Positions 36,327-48,124 of a stretch of DNA of 64,000 nt are shown piece by piece. The DNA comes from Monocercomonoides exilis PA203 (lineage: Eukaryota > Protista > Preaxostyla): positions 930,001 to 994,000 of the forward strand of contig LSRY02000039.1 in the NCBI GenBank assembly GCA_001643675.2, read 5' to 3'. Position 1 is the stretch's first letter, and the number at the start of each line of letters is the position of its first letter. The notes beneath the pieces are model-generated. The model searched no databases and was not told the DNA's origin. It saw only the letters and a program-made list of their open reading frames with translations. Made by a program: the position numbers and the translations under genes.

Positions 36327-37559
36327 ACTCAATCTCTGATATGGTGAGATTGGACGGGGTTAGTTTCTCCATCTCTGATTAATGTTTCCCCTGAGGAGAT
36401 TAGGTTATAGCAACTGGGCTGGCAAAGTTAGAATTTAAATAAAAAATATTTTTTTGATTGTTTTTCATTCAGAAAAAAATTTTTTAAAAAAATAAAAATT
36501 AGATTATAACCAAGAATTTTTTGAAATGAGTGTTGTCGAAAATTAAATACAGCAAGGATTAAAGAAAATTGGAAGCTTAATGTCATCCTTTCAATATTAC
36601 CATATGGGTGTTTTTTTATGGGATCATTAAAATAGTACAATCAAATAAAAAGTTTTAATTGACTCATCATTTTCATTTCTTTCCTTATTAATTGCAGAAT
36701 CATTCATTAGGAATTTCATTAAACGCATTTTAATTAAGCCAACAATATTTTGAAAAAATCAATACAACCCCATTATAAAATTTCTTTGAAATAAGTTTCA
36801 TCCATATATCTCCATCACACAAACAAAATGAAAACCTTGTCAATGCAAATTTTAAAAAAATTAACTTTTATTTCAACATAGACAAATGTGGTTTGTTGAC
36901 AAATACGTGTTTCTTCATTTCCAAATTATTAATGTTTTTCAATGAGAAACAAACCCCATCAATGAATGGAAAATCTGCAGCAATTAGATGAATGGACAAT
37001 ATTGCTCTTGTGAACATCCTAAAGCAATCAGGAAGTGAAATTCATTTGAATTTTTAAAGAACTTTAAAACTGTGACTTTATTTTTTCTCACTGTTTGAAA
37101 AAGTGTGTGAAGTTATTGTTTTTGTTATAAACAGAAAATGTTCACAATATATATTTTATTTTTTAATGTTTGTGTATTCGTTGCATTGAGGAAAAGCTGG
37201 AATCTTTCATTTAATATTTTGTCTCAAATCATCTTAAACTTTTGCGAAAGTCAATGGAAGAATACAAGGAGGTGAAAGTCCCGTCAATCATTAACATTTG
37301 TTCAAGGTTTTGAGGGAGTCTTTAACAGCAGGCCTTGCGGGCATATTATTTTTTGATATTGTTCATATATCTCAATATTTGTTTTTTAATTATTTTAAAG
37401 CAAAAATAACAAGAGCACTTCATCATCAAACGTTATTGTGTGGTATTCAATTTTTTCAACTTATCATGCTTTATCAATCTTCAATAACTATAACTTAATA
37501 TTTCAAGAAAAATGAAAATAACAACGATTACACAAAAAGTTCAACATTTGATCAAAAAA

Positions 37560-40500
37560 AATCAAACGCGCACCTTCAAAGCATTTGACACAAGAATCAC
37601 TGGAAATGATAACATTTTCTGATTTCATCAAAATTTCTCGATGGTTTCTACTTCTAGTTTTGAATATTTTCCATATCATCGGAAATTCCTTTGAATTTTC
37701 ATCTTCATTTCAACTGGAGTACATATTATCACTTGTCTGACATAGAGCCCAAAATCAGTACAGATGAAAATATTTCTTCGAGGTTCTTTCATCTGATTTA
37801 GCTTCTTCATCATTTATAAAAAAAGATCGTTGTTTTAAGGAATCATCAATTTCTTCTCTTCAAATAGCATCTCTTTCGATAATATCAGCAAGCTCTTCAA
37901 AACTTTCAATATCTTTTGCTATTTTCACTTCTCCTTTTTTTCAGCTGAAGATACCCCTCCTTCATAGTATTATCCTTCGATAATTGATTTTCCTGAAACA
38001 ACCACTTTCTCTCTTTGTTTCATCTTCTGTGATATGTTGAAGGCATGTAATAGCGCGATCTCTCGAAGATCACCTTCGCAATCGTTCGTTCCAAATAACG
38101 TCTTTTACCATGCTCCTTCTGTTTTCTGTGAATTCTTTCAATCTCAAAATAAATAACGCAGATTCGATCATCATGGATTGTGCACCTGATGATCAGCTAT
38201 TCTTGGTTTAATGCAGAATCATTTCTGCTGTCTCATGATTTATACAGACATTCCATGATAGAATAAACATTAGTTTTGCTTCTCCAAATTCAAGCTGAAG
38301 GCGAAGTCTGCTGTCCAATATGAGGATTGTTGAATGAAAGAGAAGGAGGCGAAGATAGAGCAGATAGTGAAAGTGGAGAAAGTGAGACAGGAGTAGCAAA
38401 ATTTGCAGAAGATGGATGGACAGCTTGAGATGAAAGGGAAGGAGATAAAGATGTTCTGAGGGAAGGAGAAGATTGCTGTTGGATGTTCATAAACAATGAC
38501 GAATTGACAAATGACGAAGTACAATGAGAAAGAGGATGAAGAGCAATGTTTGTATTAACAGAAAAATCAGCTGCTGAATCAAAAGGCGCAACCAAATTGA
38601 GGGCAGAATATTTCTGCATCAGATCCATCACCATTGAATTCTGCTACGTGAAGAAAAACGCCAACTTTGAGAACGACAGCTCATCTCGTTGCACAAGCAC
38701 GTTGTTCTGACTGAATGTTCTTTTCCCTTTCTCCTTCTGAAACAGCAGAGCTGATCCTTTCCCTGCTCCTTTCCTTCCCTTTCTGTGTGTCGTCTCTACT
38801 TCCTCTTTGTTCGTACACCAGCCCCGCCACATCATCCCTCTTCCTCTTCTCAGCTCCGCCCTGCTCTGCCTCAGCCCACTCTTCAGTGCACTCATCAGAT
38901 CCAACCGCGTTCTTGTCTGCCTCGAATCGACTGCTGCATACACAGGCACCTTCCGCATCTTCCACACAAATTGCCCGTTTTCCTCGCTTTTGATACGCAC
39001 ATAGCGGCAGGGCACATCCAGTTCATCGCTCAAATCTTCAAAGTCAGAATTCGCTAAATCATTCAACATGCAGTCCAATTTCCGTTCTCTTGTCAAAATT
39101 GGCGTTTGGCTTTCTTTCGCCTCTTGTTGCGCCTCGCTTGCCATTTTGTTCTCTTTCTGGTTGGTTGGTGTGCCTGTCTCAAGATGTGGCTGTAATATTC
39201 CTTGGATGCTGCTAAACAGATTCTTATCTTTTTCCTCTATCTTCTTCGCCATTTTCTCCATTTTCCTGCGCTCCCGCTCTTCTTTCTTCTTTCGCCTCCT
39301 CTCTTTCTCTTCTTTCTCCTTTTTCTTCTTCTGTATCTCCTGCAGTTTTATCAGCCGAAGCAGTTTTTCTCTCTGTTTGCGTCTCATCTCTCTTCGCAAG
39401 TCTTCATCGCTGATGATGGAACTGTTGGAAAAACATTCACTTTCTTCATTCTTCTTCTTTTCCTTCAAAGAATTTCTTCTACTCAATGATAAACTCTCGT
39501 TTTCTTCTGCTTTGACATTATTTTCTTTTTCTTCATCATTGTTATCTCCATCATTTTCAGGCTTCAATGCCTTCCTCATCTTAATCATTTCTCTTGTCCT
39601 TATTTCCCTCCCTTCTCTCGTTCCTTGCTCCTCTCTTTCTTTCCTTCGCTCTCTCTCTTTCTCTTTCTCTCTTCCTTTTCTCCAGATTCTCTGCATATCG
39701 CTCCATCATCCGAAACTCTGCAAAAAGCGTTAGCGACTCAAACACATCTGGAGAAAAAATAAAATATTATCTTTTTATTCTTCCAAACTGCTGCAACATC
39801 CTTCTCATATGCTGCTCTTCACCTGTCAGGAATTTGTTGTGAAGCAATGGACGAAACAAGGAGGAATAAGAAGAAGAAGAAGAAGCGTTCGATGAGATTG
39901 AGGCGGCATCCACTTGTGCGCAGCTGTTGAGATATCGTCTGAGGAGGAGAGTGTGCATTAATATTATACGAAGCGCCGGTTAATCTCAGAGCAGTGGGGT
40001 GGTCATGGGTGGAGAGAGAGATCGGTTGCTGTTGGAGAAGAAGAAGAAGAAAAAGAAAAAGAAGAAGAAGAAGAAGAGGAGGAGGAGGAGGAGGATAAGG
40101 AAAATGCGATGATGAAGAAAATCTTGTTGATGATGATGAAGTTAATACCGATTGAGAATGGGAAGAAGGAGAAAGAGAAGAAGAAGATGATGATGATGAC
40201 AACGAAGCAATAGAATGAGCATTCATTCCATTGGTATAAACATCATCATCATCTCTATTTCTGTATGTGTTTTGATGAAAGAAATATTCTGTCAATGAAG
40301 ATGTGAAGAGTGCATTGGGAGAGCTTATCAATTGAGGCATCTGTCGTTCTGATTGTTCAGAAGAAGAAGGAGAAGAAGAAGAGGAAGAGGAAGAAGAAGG
40401 AGGAGGAGGAGGAGAAGAAGAAGAAGAAGATGATGATGGAGGAGGAGGAGGAGAAGAAGAAGAAGATGAAAGAAAGAAAGAAAGAAAAATTGAATGAAAT

Positions 40501-41230
40501 GAGTTTGATGGGACTATTTGAGGGCGGATGAGCAGTAAAGACCAACAAGACTCATTTGAAGGAAATGAAGAAACATTGGATGGATTAGAATTTTAAAATA
40601 AATAGCAACAACAGACGGAAGATCCATTCCATGTTGCTTCATGAGAATTTGAAGGCTGTCCAAACAACAAATTCTCAAAAACGAAGAACGTCTTTTTTGT
40701 ATCAACCAAGTTAATAAAAAATATCTTCAATAAAGAAATCGGAGGAGAATGAGAAGAAACCATATTATCATCAAAAATACTGCTTGAAATGGATTGTCTT
40801 CAAGAATGACGCTCGAAGAAATAGAAACTGCAAATTGGAATGAGAAAAAAGATATTAAAATAAAAATAAAAATAAGTTTTGCATTGATTATTAAAACTTT
40901 TGAAAAGAATGCATACACCCTCTCTATTGCAAAATCAGAAGATTGCTTTATCACCGATGCTGCCAATTTCCTTACTCCATCAACCTTGTTTCCTTCATGA
41001 ATATCCTTCTTTCTATGTTTTCATCCACTTTCTTATTCAGAAAAAATACCTCTTCATTTTTTCCTTTCCAATAACTGTCCAATTGTTGGAATTCTTCTTT
41101 TATTTCCTCTCATCCAAGTGCTTTTCTATTGAGAATTTTCATTCTCTGTTCCAATTGAATACAAAAAATATGCAATTCCCATCTGTTGATTGTATCTTCG
41201 CATCCAGCTCTCTTCTGATGATCGTTCAGA
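37560..41230 (-). CDS. Multi-exon hypothetical low-complexity/coiled-coil gene, possibly partly decayed
   Basis: Series of minus ORFs (40514..40705, 39767..39958, 38644..39696, 38290..38634) with protein-like composition separated by AT-rich intron-like gaps; some junctions cannot be put in frame. Confidence 0.4.
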
Positions 41231-41669
41231 AAAACAAAGGAATAAACATTTTTATATTTTATCAGATTCCTGGATTATGAAAAAATAATAAATATAAGTA
41301 TCTTCTCAACGAATAAGACCAATAAAAAAGGCATACATAAAAATTTCCGTATGTTATTTTGAAAAATGAATTTCCTTCAAAGATGTTTTTCAAAAAAAGT
41401 CATCTCTCACAATTCCACTGCCAATGCCTTGAAGTCGCTGTCTCGTGCACCCTCTCAAAATAATAACTACTATCCTTCAGAAAATGTTCATTTACTCTTC
41501 TCTTATCCGATATATTAGCTTTCACGGAAAAAAGATAATTGAATTATCAAATATACCTTAATATTTTTTCTGTTTCAATTATTTTTTTAAAATATCATCG
41601 ATGGATTGCATGTTTTCAAGTGCTTCAAAGATCTCTCTTTCGATTTTCTGAAGAATTTTTATTCGTTTC

Positions 41670-43845
41670 ATGAAAATTTTTAACAACAAACAAAAATTAC
41701 TCATGAAAGATCAACGATGCAACGATTTTATGATCTCAAAAAAAATCACCCATATAGAAAGTGGATTGGAACGTGTTACAACAATTATCGCTAATGGAGA
41801 AGTTTGGTTACTCATGTTGCAAACATGAAGGAATTTACTCGCTCGGCAATTGATAGAGCAGTTACAGCTGTGGAAAAAGGAAGGAAGGCAGGGAAAAATG
41901 GAAGACCAGAATAATTCAATAAGGAAAAAAAAGAAACCATATTTGGAGTGCTAAAAATCGAATGTGAAAGTGGGACAAGTTACAATGCTGGTCAAATGAG
42001 GAAATTTGTTAGTCACTATTCTTTTAATTAGTTGTATTTTCACCAAAAATAATTCAAAGTCGATAACTTTCATTCGAAGTCGAAAAAGTTGCAAACGAAA
42101 TCGAAAAACTTTCAATCGAAATCGAAAATTTGACAAAAATATAAATAATTAATATTGAGAATTCAATTGAAGTGGATCTTTGTTCTTTTGTTTTTGTGTT
42201 TATTTTTATCAATGTTTGTGTTGTTGTTTTCTACAAATTTTGAAGATTTCGTACCAAAATAAACTCAAAAATAAACTCTCAACGAAACATAAAACATTTG
42301 TTTCCTTCCATAAGAAATAAGTTTTTTTAAATGAAAAACGCGAAATAAGAGAGCCAATATTGCGTTCATCATTCTTCATTAATTGTGAAAAATTATTATC
42401 AAAAATTTTTTGCAAATCTTTTGAAAAGCAGTATTCTTTCAATTGAAATAAAATAAAAATATGTCAGAATTTCTCTCACATTTTTTTATTTTTGCGATTG
42501 GACAAAAGGAAGCAAAGAAAAATATCGGAAAAAAGATGAAAAATCATTAAAATTACAAATGTCATTGATATTTCAACAATAAAAATATTTTTTGTCTTTT
42601 AATGAATTTTGTCAACTCATTGAAATTTTGAAAAATTTCGAACTTTCGACTTTGCTTGAAAGTTTTTCGACTTTGATTGAAACTTTTTCGACTTCGAATG
42701 AAACTTTTTCGACTTCGAATGAAAGTTTTCCGATTTTGAATAATAATTTTCGATTTCTTTTGAAAGTTTTTCGATTTTGAATAATTTTTGGTGTATCTAT
42801 TTTTAATATATTCAGATAAACACTGTTTTCAATGATAGGAAAAAAGACAATATTGATGAAGAAGATGAAGAAGTGAACATTTCAAAAGCATATTCCTATC
42901 AATACACCAAAAGGAACGCAGAGCTTAAGGCTTCACACCCTCGAAACGTTGACATCCAAGGGCTCTCTGCATCAAATCAGCAAACTCTCCGTCCCTTTTT
43001 CACTCTTCAACTAAACCTTCATGACCAACATCATTATTCGAACTCTCTCATCTTCAATATTGATGAATCTTCTCTTAGGCTCTCTGATTCTTTCTCTTCT
43101 CTTGTTTTTCACCCTTCCGACATGCCTGCTGGTTTCTCCAAAACACCAATGAAAATTCCAAACGCAACTCTCGTTGTCACAGGTGCAACTGATGGCTACT
43201 CCCTAAAAAGCTTCGTTCTGTGGCCTTGTCACAAATTACCTGATGAACTGCGCCTTGTTCTGAGCTCGCAGTTGGATGTTTGGGGTGAAAATGAATGCTG
43301 GATGACTGAAGCACTATTCCTCAAATATGCTGAAGAAGTGTTGCTCCCAGGAATCGCGCAAAGAAGAGAAACTTTGAAGAAGAATGATGAACGTTGCCTT
43401 CTCCTTCTTGATTCGCATTCATCGTGAGCGCAGCCTGACTTATGGAAGAAGTTTGCCGATTCTTCAATAGATGTCGTCACCTTCGTGCCCCACACCACTC
43501 ACATCGCTCAGCCGTTGGATCGTGGCGTATTTGCTGTTTTTAAAAAAAACAATTAATACAAATAACAAAGCACCTTCTTCTTCTTCTGTTATTTTGAAAC
43601 TAAAAGCACTAGCTGATTTGCTTCCACAAGCTTTGCAAACTTCTTTGTTGCCTTCAACAATCAAATCTTCATTTGCGAAGAGCGGAGTACTGTCGCATCA
43701 GTGGCACGAAGTGTTAGCGATGCTGCCAAAAGAACCTTCTGTCACTCTGAATAAAAGTACAAAAAGGCTTGATTATTTTGAAATATTTTTCACTGATGAA
43801 GTGTTTTATATAGAAAAGAAAAAAGAAAAGGATGAAAGAAAATAG
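41670..43845 (+). mobile_element. Decayed pogo-superfamily (DDE_1, DD35D) transposase with one spliceosomal intron
   Basis: N-terminal HTH-like segment (FTRSAIDRAV...KNGRP), intron 42008..42815, catalytic motifs IFNIDES, WMT..LF, LLLLDSHSS and PHTTHIAQPLDRGVF with 35 residues between the 2nd and 3rd Asp. In-frame TGA at 43425, plus other stops and frameshifts. Confidence 0.88.
42041..42793. mobile_element. Foldback-like non-autonomous element (753 bp) nested in the transposase intron
   Basis: Ends CACCAAAAATAATTCAAAGTCG / CGATTTTGAATAATTTTTGGTG, with mirrored subterminal ~21-bp tandem repeats (e.g. TCGACTTCGAATGAAACTTTT) on both arms. Confidence 0.82.
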
Positions 43846-44535
43846 TTAAAAAAATGATGAAAAAGAGTATGAAGAAACTGAAAATATTTTATTTGATGAT
43901 GAAAAAACGAAAAAAATAAGAAAATTCAACTCACCGAAAATATTAAATGATTGTTTTTCTGAGGATGGAAAAAAAAAAGAAATACTCAAAAAATAGTGAA
44001 ACGAGAGCTTGTGGATTATATTTATTATTGGTATTTTTTTGTAACATGAAATCAATACACAATTAACAAAAGAAATTTATTTATTATTTGTTCGGGCTTT
44101 CAAAAAAATATTCGGGTTTATCTATCACCTTATTTGCACTTTCTCTTCGCAATCTTCCAGTTCTGAAAATGATTCTTCAATGAAAAAAGAAAGAAATGAA
44201 GATTACAAAATTTTAAATGAAAAAATGAAAATAAACTCGAAAACTTTTTGTGTTGAATTTCTCCTGCATTTTTTCAAATTAATTTCATTCAAAAGGAAAT
44301 GTCGTTTTATCATTTATATTGAATTAACATTTGTTTGGGCTGAAGAAAATGCATCAAAAATTAAAACTTGAAATAACGCAAAAAATTAGAATTCACATTA
44401 TTCTTCTTTGCCTTTGCATTTAAAGAAAGTTACAAAAGAGAAAGCAGGTTTTGAAAATTAACTCTTGTTTCAATGTATTCAACGATATAATAATTTTCTT
44501 TGAACTGAAATATCCATTGGCAAAATGGGAGATTT

Positions 44536-45190
44536 GGTCATTAGTCGATTCGATCGACACCAAAAAATATTCAAAATTTTGGATTTCTTTTTGATAGTAA
44601 TAACAAACTTATAATTATAAATGTGTTTTGTAGCATTTGAGTTTTGAAATTAGGGTTTGAAGTGGGAAAAGGAGCAATTAATTAATATCACTTAGGGTTT
44701 GAGTTCGAATTCTTATTCGTCAAAATTTCTTTTTTAATAGAATTAGAAAACGATATTCCGTCTGTTTAATCAAAAAATAAATCAACTATGTCTTCAGATT
44801 CTCTTCATTTTTGATTTCTTTATTCGATCAACTCTCCCCTATTTATATTTTCTCAATTATTGGAAAAAACAAATTCTTTTCACTACTCTCATTCTGTCTT
44901 TAACAAGTCCATTTCTGTAACTGAAATCATATTCATCATGTTTCTTCAATGTGAAAATTGTTAATTGGGTTGAGAATTCCTTTTTAAAACAAGTCAGATT
45001 CATACTTGATTATTGATGATCATAATTCCCTTTTTTATATATAACTCCTCGATTTTCGGTTAAAAAAACAAGAAAATTGAACTTTGTTAAAAGTTTGTCA
45101 ATAAACTTCTATTTGTAAAATTAGTTATTTTTTTCAAATATAAAATTGACTTAACGATTTTTTAGGGTGTCGATCTAATCGACTATTACC
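44536..45190. mobile_element. Non-autonomous DNA transposon (655 bp) with a 7-8 bp TSD
   Basis: ~33-bp TIRs GGTCATTAGTCGATTCGATCGACACCAAAAAAT / ATTTTTAGGGTGTCGATCTAATCGACTATTACC, flanked by the direct repeat GAGATTT(G) at 44529..44535 and 45191..45197. Confidence 0.85.
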
Positions 45191-45384
45191 GAGATTTGTG
45201 AGTAAAAATGTTCTGAAAATTAATAATTTTATTTCTTGTATTGGAATGGAAAACAGAAAAAATCATTTCTAAAGAAAGATTTCTGCAAAATAAATTTTGG
45301 AAACTGGAAGACCAAAGAGATACAACGGTTTTATCATTTAATAAAATTATCTACATGTATGTAAAATTAATTGTTCTGTTGATT

Positions 45385-46230
45385 GCGAAGATCTTTCCAT
45401 CCGTATCCTTTCCAAAACTCAGGAATCTGAGTTATTGTTGAAATGGCCAATCTCCGCTTTGGAGAGAAAGACAATAGAAATGGAGCTTGAAATTGTATTA
45501 CAATTAGGAAATAAATGAAGTTACGCAAGTGTCATGCTTTTCAGAATATTCTATTTGAACAAGAGGTGAAAACAAACTCAGATTGTGTTTTATTGAAGGA
45601 AGACAGAGGAGAATGGAATTCTTTGAAAAAGCTGAAACACTCAAAATTATATAGGATTTTGGAGCATGAGGAAGAGGAGTAGTTTTTTGTATTTTTGGAC
45701 AAGGAAAGTGGTTGGCTGTGTGGAAAGCGAGATATTAGAAACAAAAAGATGCGAAGAAATGAATGCAAGCAATGAGATTGGAGCTCGGCACAAGTATTGA
45801 GTTGACCATCATCTGTTTTTGCAGTCAAAAAGGTATGCCCATATATTGTGGAATGCCTTTTCAACGAAGCATGGTTTTTGGTGGCTATGCTGTTGAAACA
45901 GAAGAAATGAAGATCAGCAGCTTCTGTTTCAGGCCATGCATTTGAAAGAATAACAAAATTTGAGAGGAGAGCTTTAATCGCACACCATCTTATGCCTTTG
46001 AAGGATTTGCGAAACAAGCAGACAGAAATCAAACTGTCTTTGTATAGCAACCTGCTTTCGATGATGTTGAAAAGAAATGATGAATGCGTTGAAAACACAG
46101 AATCATCATCATCCTCGTTGTCATCGGAACCTTCTTCTTCTTCTTCTTCTTCTTCTTCTTCTTCTTCTTCTTCTTCTGGTTGCTGAGTGGAGTCGTATTC
46201 AGATGCAGTTGGATTGGCAAGAGAATGCAT
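45385..46230 (-). pseudogene. Fragment of a second dispersed gene family (poly-Glu tract; C-terminal WKGYGWKDLR motif)
   Basis: ORF 45541..46230 plus a downstream segment APFLLSFSPKRRLAISTITQIPEFWKGYGWKDLR; ~300 bp is homologous to 53777..54070. Confidence 0.45.
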
Positions 46231-46665
46231 CAGGCAGATTCATTCTTCATTCAGCCCTCATTTCTTCCCCAACACGAAAGGAGACAAGAAATCAACAGGA
46301 AAAAATAACAAAATTTCTGAGGTGCTTCAGAAAAAGAGGCCAAATAAATCAATTGCGCACTCAAAAATAAGGAAAGATCAAGTAATAAGTCAAGAACGTA
46401 ACATTTCTTTCTTTGAGGATAATATTTATTCACATTTCAAAATTAACCATTTCATTAACATAAGTTCGCCCAAATTCAAGTACAGATTGATCATTCTCAC
46501 ATTAAAGATGAGCAAAATATATATTGGATGATTTTTTTCGTTCCATTTGATTTGAATTAATACATCTTATGGGTTTGATTAACGAAAACCATTTTTAAAA
46601 AAAGAAATACGTTTGTTATTTTTGAAACAAAAATCAAGCACCACTTGATTGAAGTAGCATTTTTT

Positions 46666-47943
46666 ATGTCAGAAGAGATTCCAACAAAATTTTGTTGTTT
46701 TGGTGATGGATCGTATGGAGATTTTTACAAAAACATGCCATCGTCAAAAAGTCCCGATCAAATAAGCTTCGATGAACTGGATGAACATATTTTTGATGAA
46801 TTCCAACCGCCTTTGCCTTTTGGTGAATATGATAAATTCACCAAACCATCAAAACGTACAACATTTATGATTGAAGATATTGAAATGAAAGAACATGAAA
46901 ACATGTTTGATTCGTTTTTTACCCAGGAGATCCCAACTAACTATGAAAGTGAAATTGAACCTATGAACACGTATGATGCTTTTGACAATGGGCTGAAAGA
47001 CTCAACTATTACAGATGGTTTTGGTTGCGTAGAAAATCCTCTCCCCCCTGATGGTTTCTCAAATTCGTCTATTAGTTCATCTTACCACCTACCTTGCTAC
47101 GAAAATGAATCACCAAAACAACCAGAAATTATCATTTCCGATAATTGTGCAAATCCAAAAGTTATGTTTAATCAATTTGATCTTCCTGAATTAAACAGTC
47201 GAGAAGAGATGAAAAAACAAGTCATATTTGTTAAACCGACTATTTCTCCAGCAAAGATTCATTTGTCGAGGCGATATAAAAATTTGGATATTCGTTCAAT
47301 TACGTTTTATTATAAACAAGAAAAAATATCGCATTCCTTTGATTTGATCGAAGCAGAACTGATTTTACGTGGACCAGCACAACAGTTCTGGTTGAGATTT
47401 AAAACTGCAGAGGAAATCTTGGATTTATCTCCAGTTGGAAAATTATTAAAAATTCAACCAAATGATGTAATTCCGGAAGAGTCTAGTTTTTATGCCAATT
47501 CAGCAGATGTGAAGCCAATTATGGAAGTGAAAGTCCCTGAAAGCTGCATAAAAACATGTACATTGGATGCAAGAAAACACGAGAACATTTATTTTAGGAT
47601 TGTTGGATTTCATAAATCAATCTTATCCTATATAAAAACGAAAAAAGGATATTTGGAACATCCTCAAAAGCGTTATCCTATTCTATTATGGATTGAATCA
47701 CCGGGTCAGATGGAATTTACTTCTAACGTTATTCGGGAAAAGGGAGGCTTGAAATCAAGTGGTGCTGAGTCAAGTTTTAGTATTAGTGATACTTTTGCTA
47801 TTAATGATGCTGCCTCTCAGCCGAACATGATATTGCTTGTGATCGAAACTTCGATTGGTAAGTTTCAAAGTGCAATGAAGCAGTTTCTGGCCTGTGGAGA
47901 CCGTTCTCTGAAAGAAAAATGTTATGAAGTGATTGAATGTTAA
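46666..47943 (+). CDS. Hypothetical protein, intronless (~425 aa); acidic disordered N-half and beta-rich C-half
   Basis: Long, compositionally complex ORF with first ATG at 46666; no recognised motif. Confidence 0.7.
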   Translation: MSEEIPTKFCCFGDGSYGDFYKNMPSSKSPDQISFDELDEHIFDEFQPPLPFGEYDKFTKPSKRTTFMIEDIEMKEHENMFDSFFTQEIPTNYESEIEPMNTYDAFDNGLKDSTITDGFGCVENPLPPDGFSNSSISSSYHLPCYENESPKQPEIIISDNCANPKVMFNQFDLPELNSREEMKKQVIFVKPTISPAKIHLSRRYKNLDIRSITFYYKQEKISHSFDLIEAELILRGPAQQFWLRFKTAEEILDLSPVGKLLKIQPNDVIPEESSFYANSADVKPIMEVKVPESCIKTCTLDARKHENIYFRIVGFHKSILSYIKTKKGYLEHPQKRYPILLWIESPGQMEFTSNVIREKGGLKSSGAESSFSISDTFAINDAASQPNMILLVIETSIGKFQSAMKQFLACGDRSLKEKCYEVIEC

Positions 47944-48124
47944 GTTGCTTCAAATGTGAAGCATTTTAACATTTAATTTGGACGAAAAAGAAAGAAAGAA
48001 GATTTTGAATAAACAAGTTTATGAGAAAGAAATCTTTCAACTTATTCTCATAATCCTTTTTTCTTTATTTCTTTTTCATAATTTCCTTTTCATTTATATT
48101 ATTGTAGATTCATAAATATGTTTT

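Noticed and set aside
37265-37345. GGTGAAAGTCCCG resembling RNase P/MRP CR-I or a group II intron motif
   Set aside because: No convincing CR-V/P4 partner at a suitable distance and no group II domain V; a single short motif.
42630-42793. Regular ~21-bp repeats as a CRISPR array, or ORFs 41951..42136 and 42592..42780 as genes
   Set aside because: No unique spacers or cas genes; they are the mirrored arms of a foldback element.
43425-43427. TGA in the transposase as selenocysteine or programmed readthrough
   Set aside because: The element has additional stops and frameshifts; simple decay is sufficient.
41400-44150. Terminal inverted repeats of the pogo-type element
   Set aside because: No convincing TIR pair found by eye, so the element boundaries are left undefined.
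44648-44705. TTAGGG motifs as an interstitial telomere
   Set aside because: Only isolated units inside a TIR element, not a tandem array.
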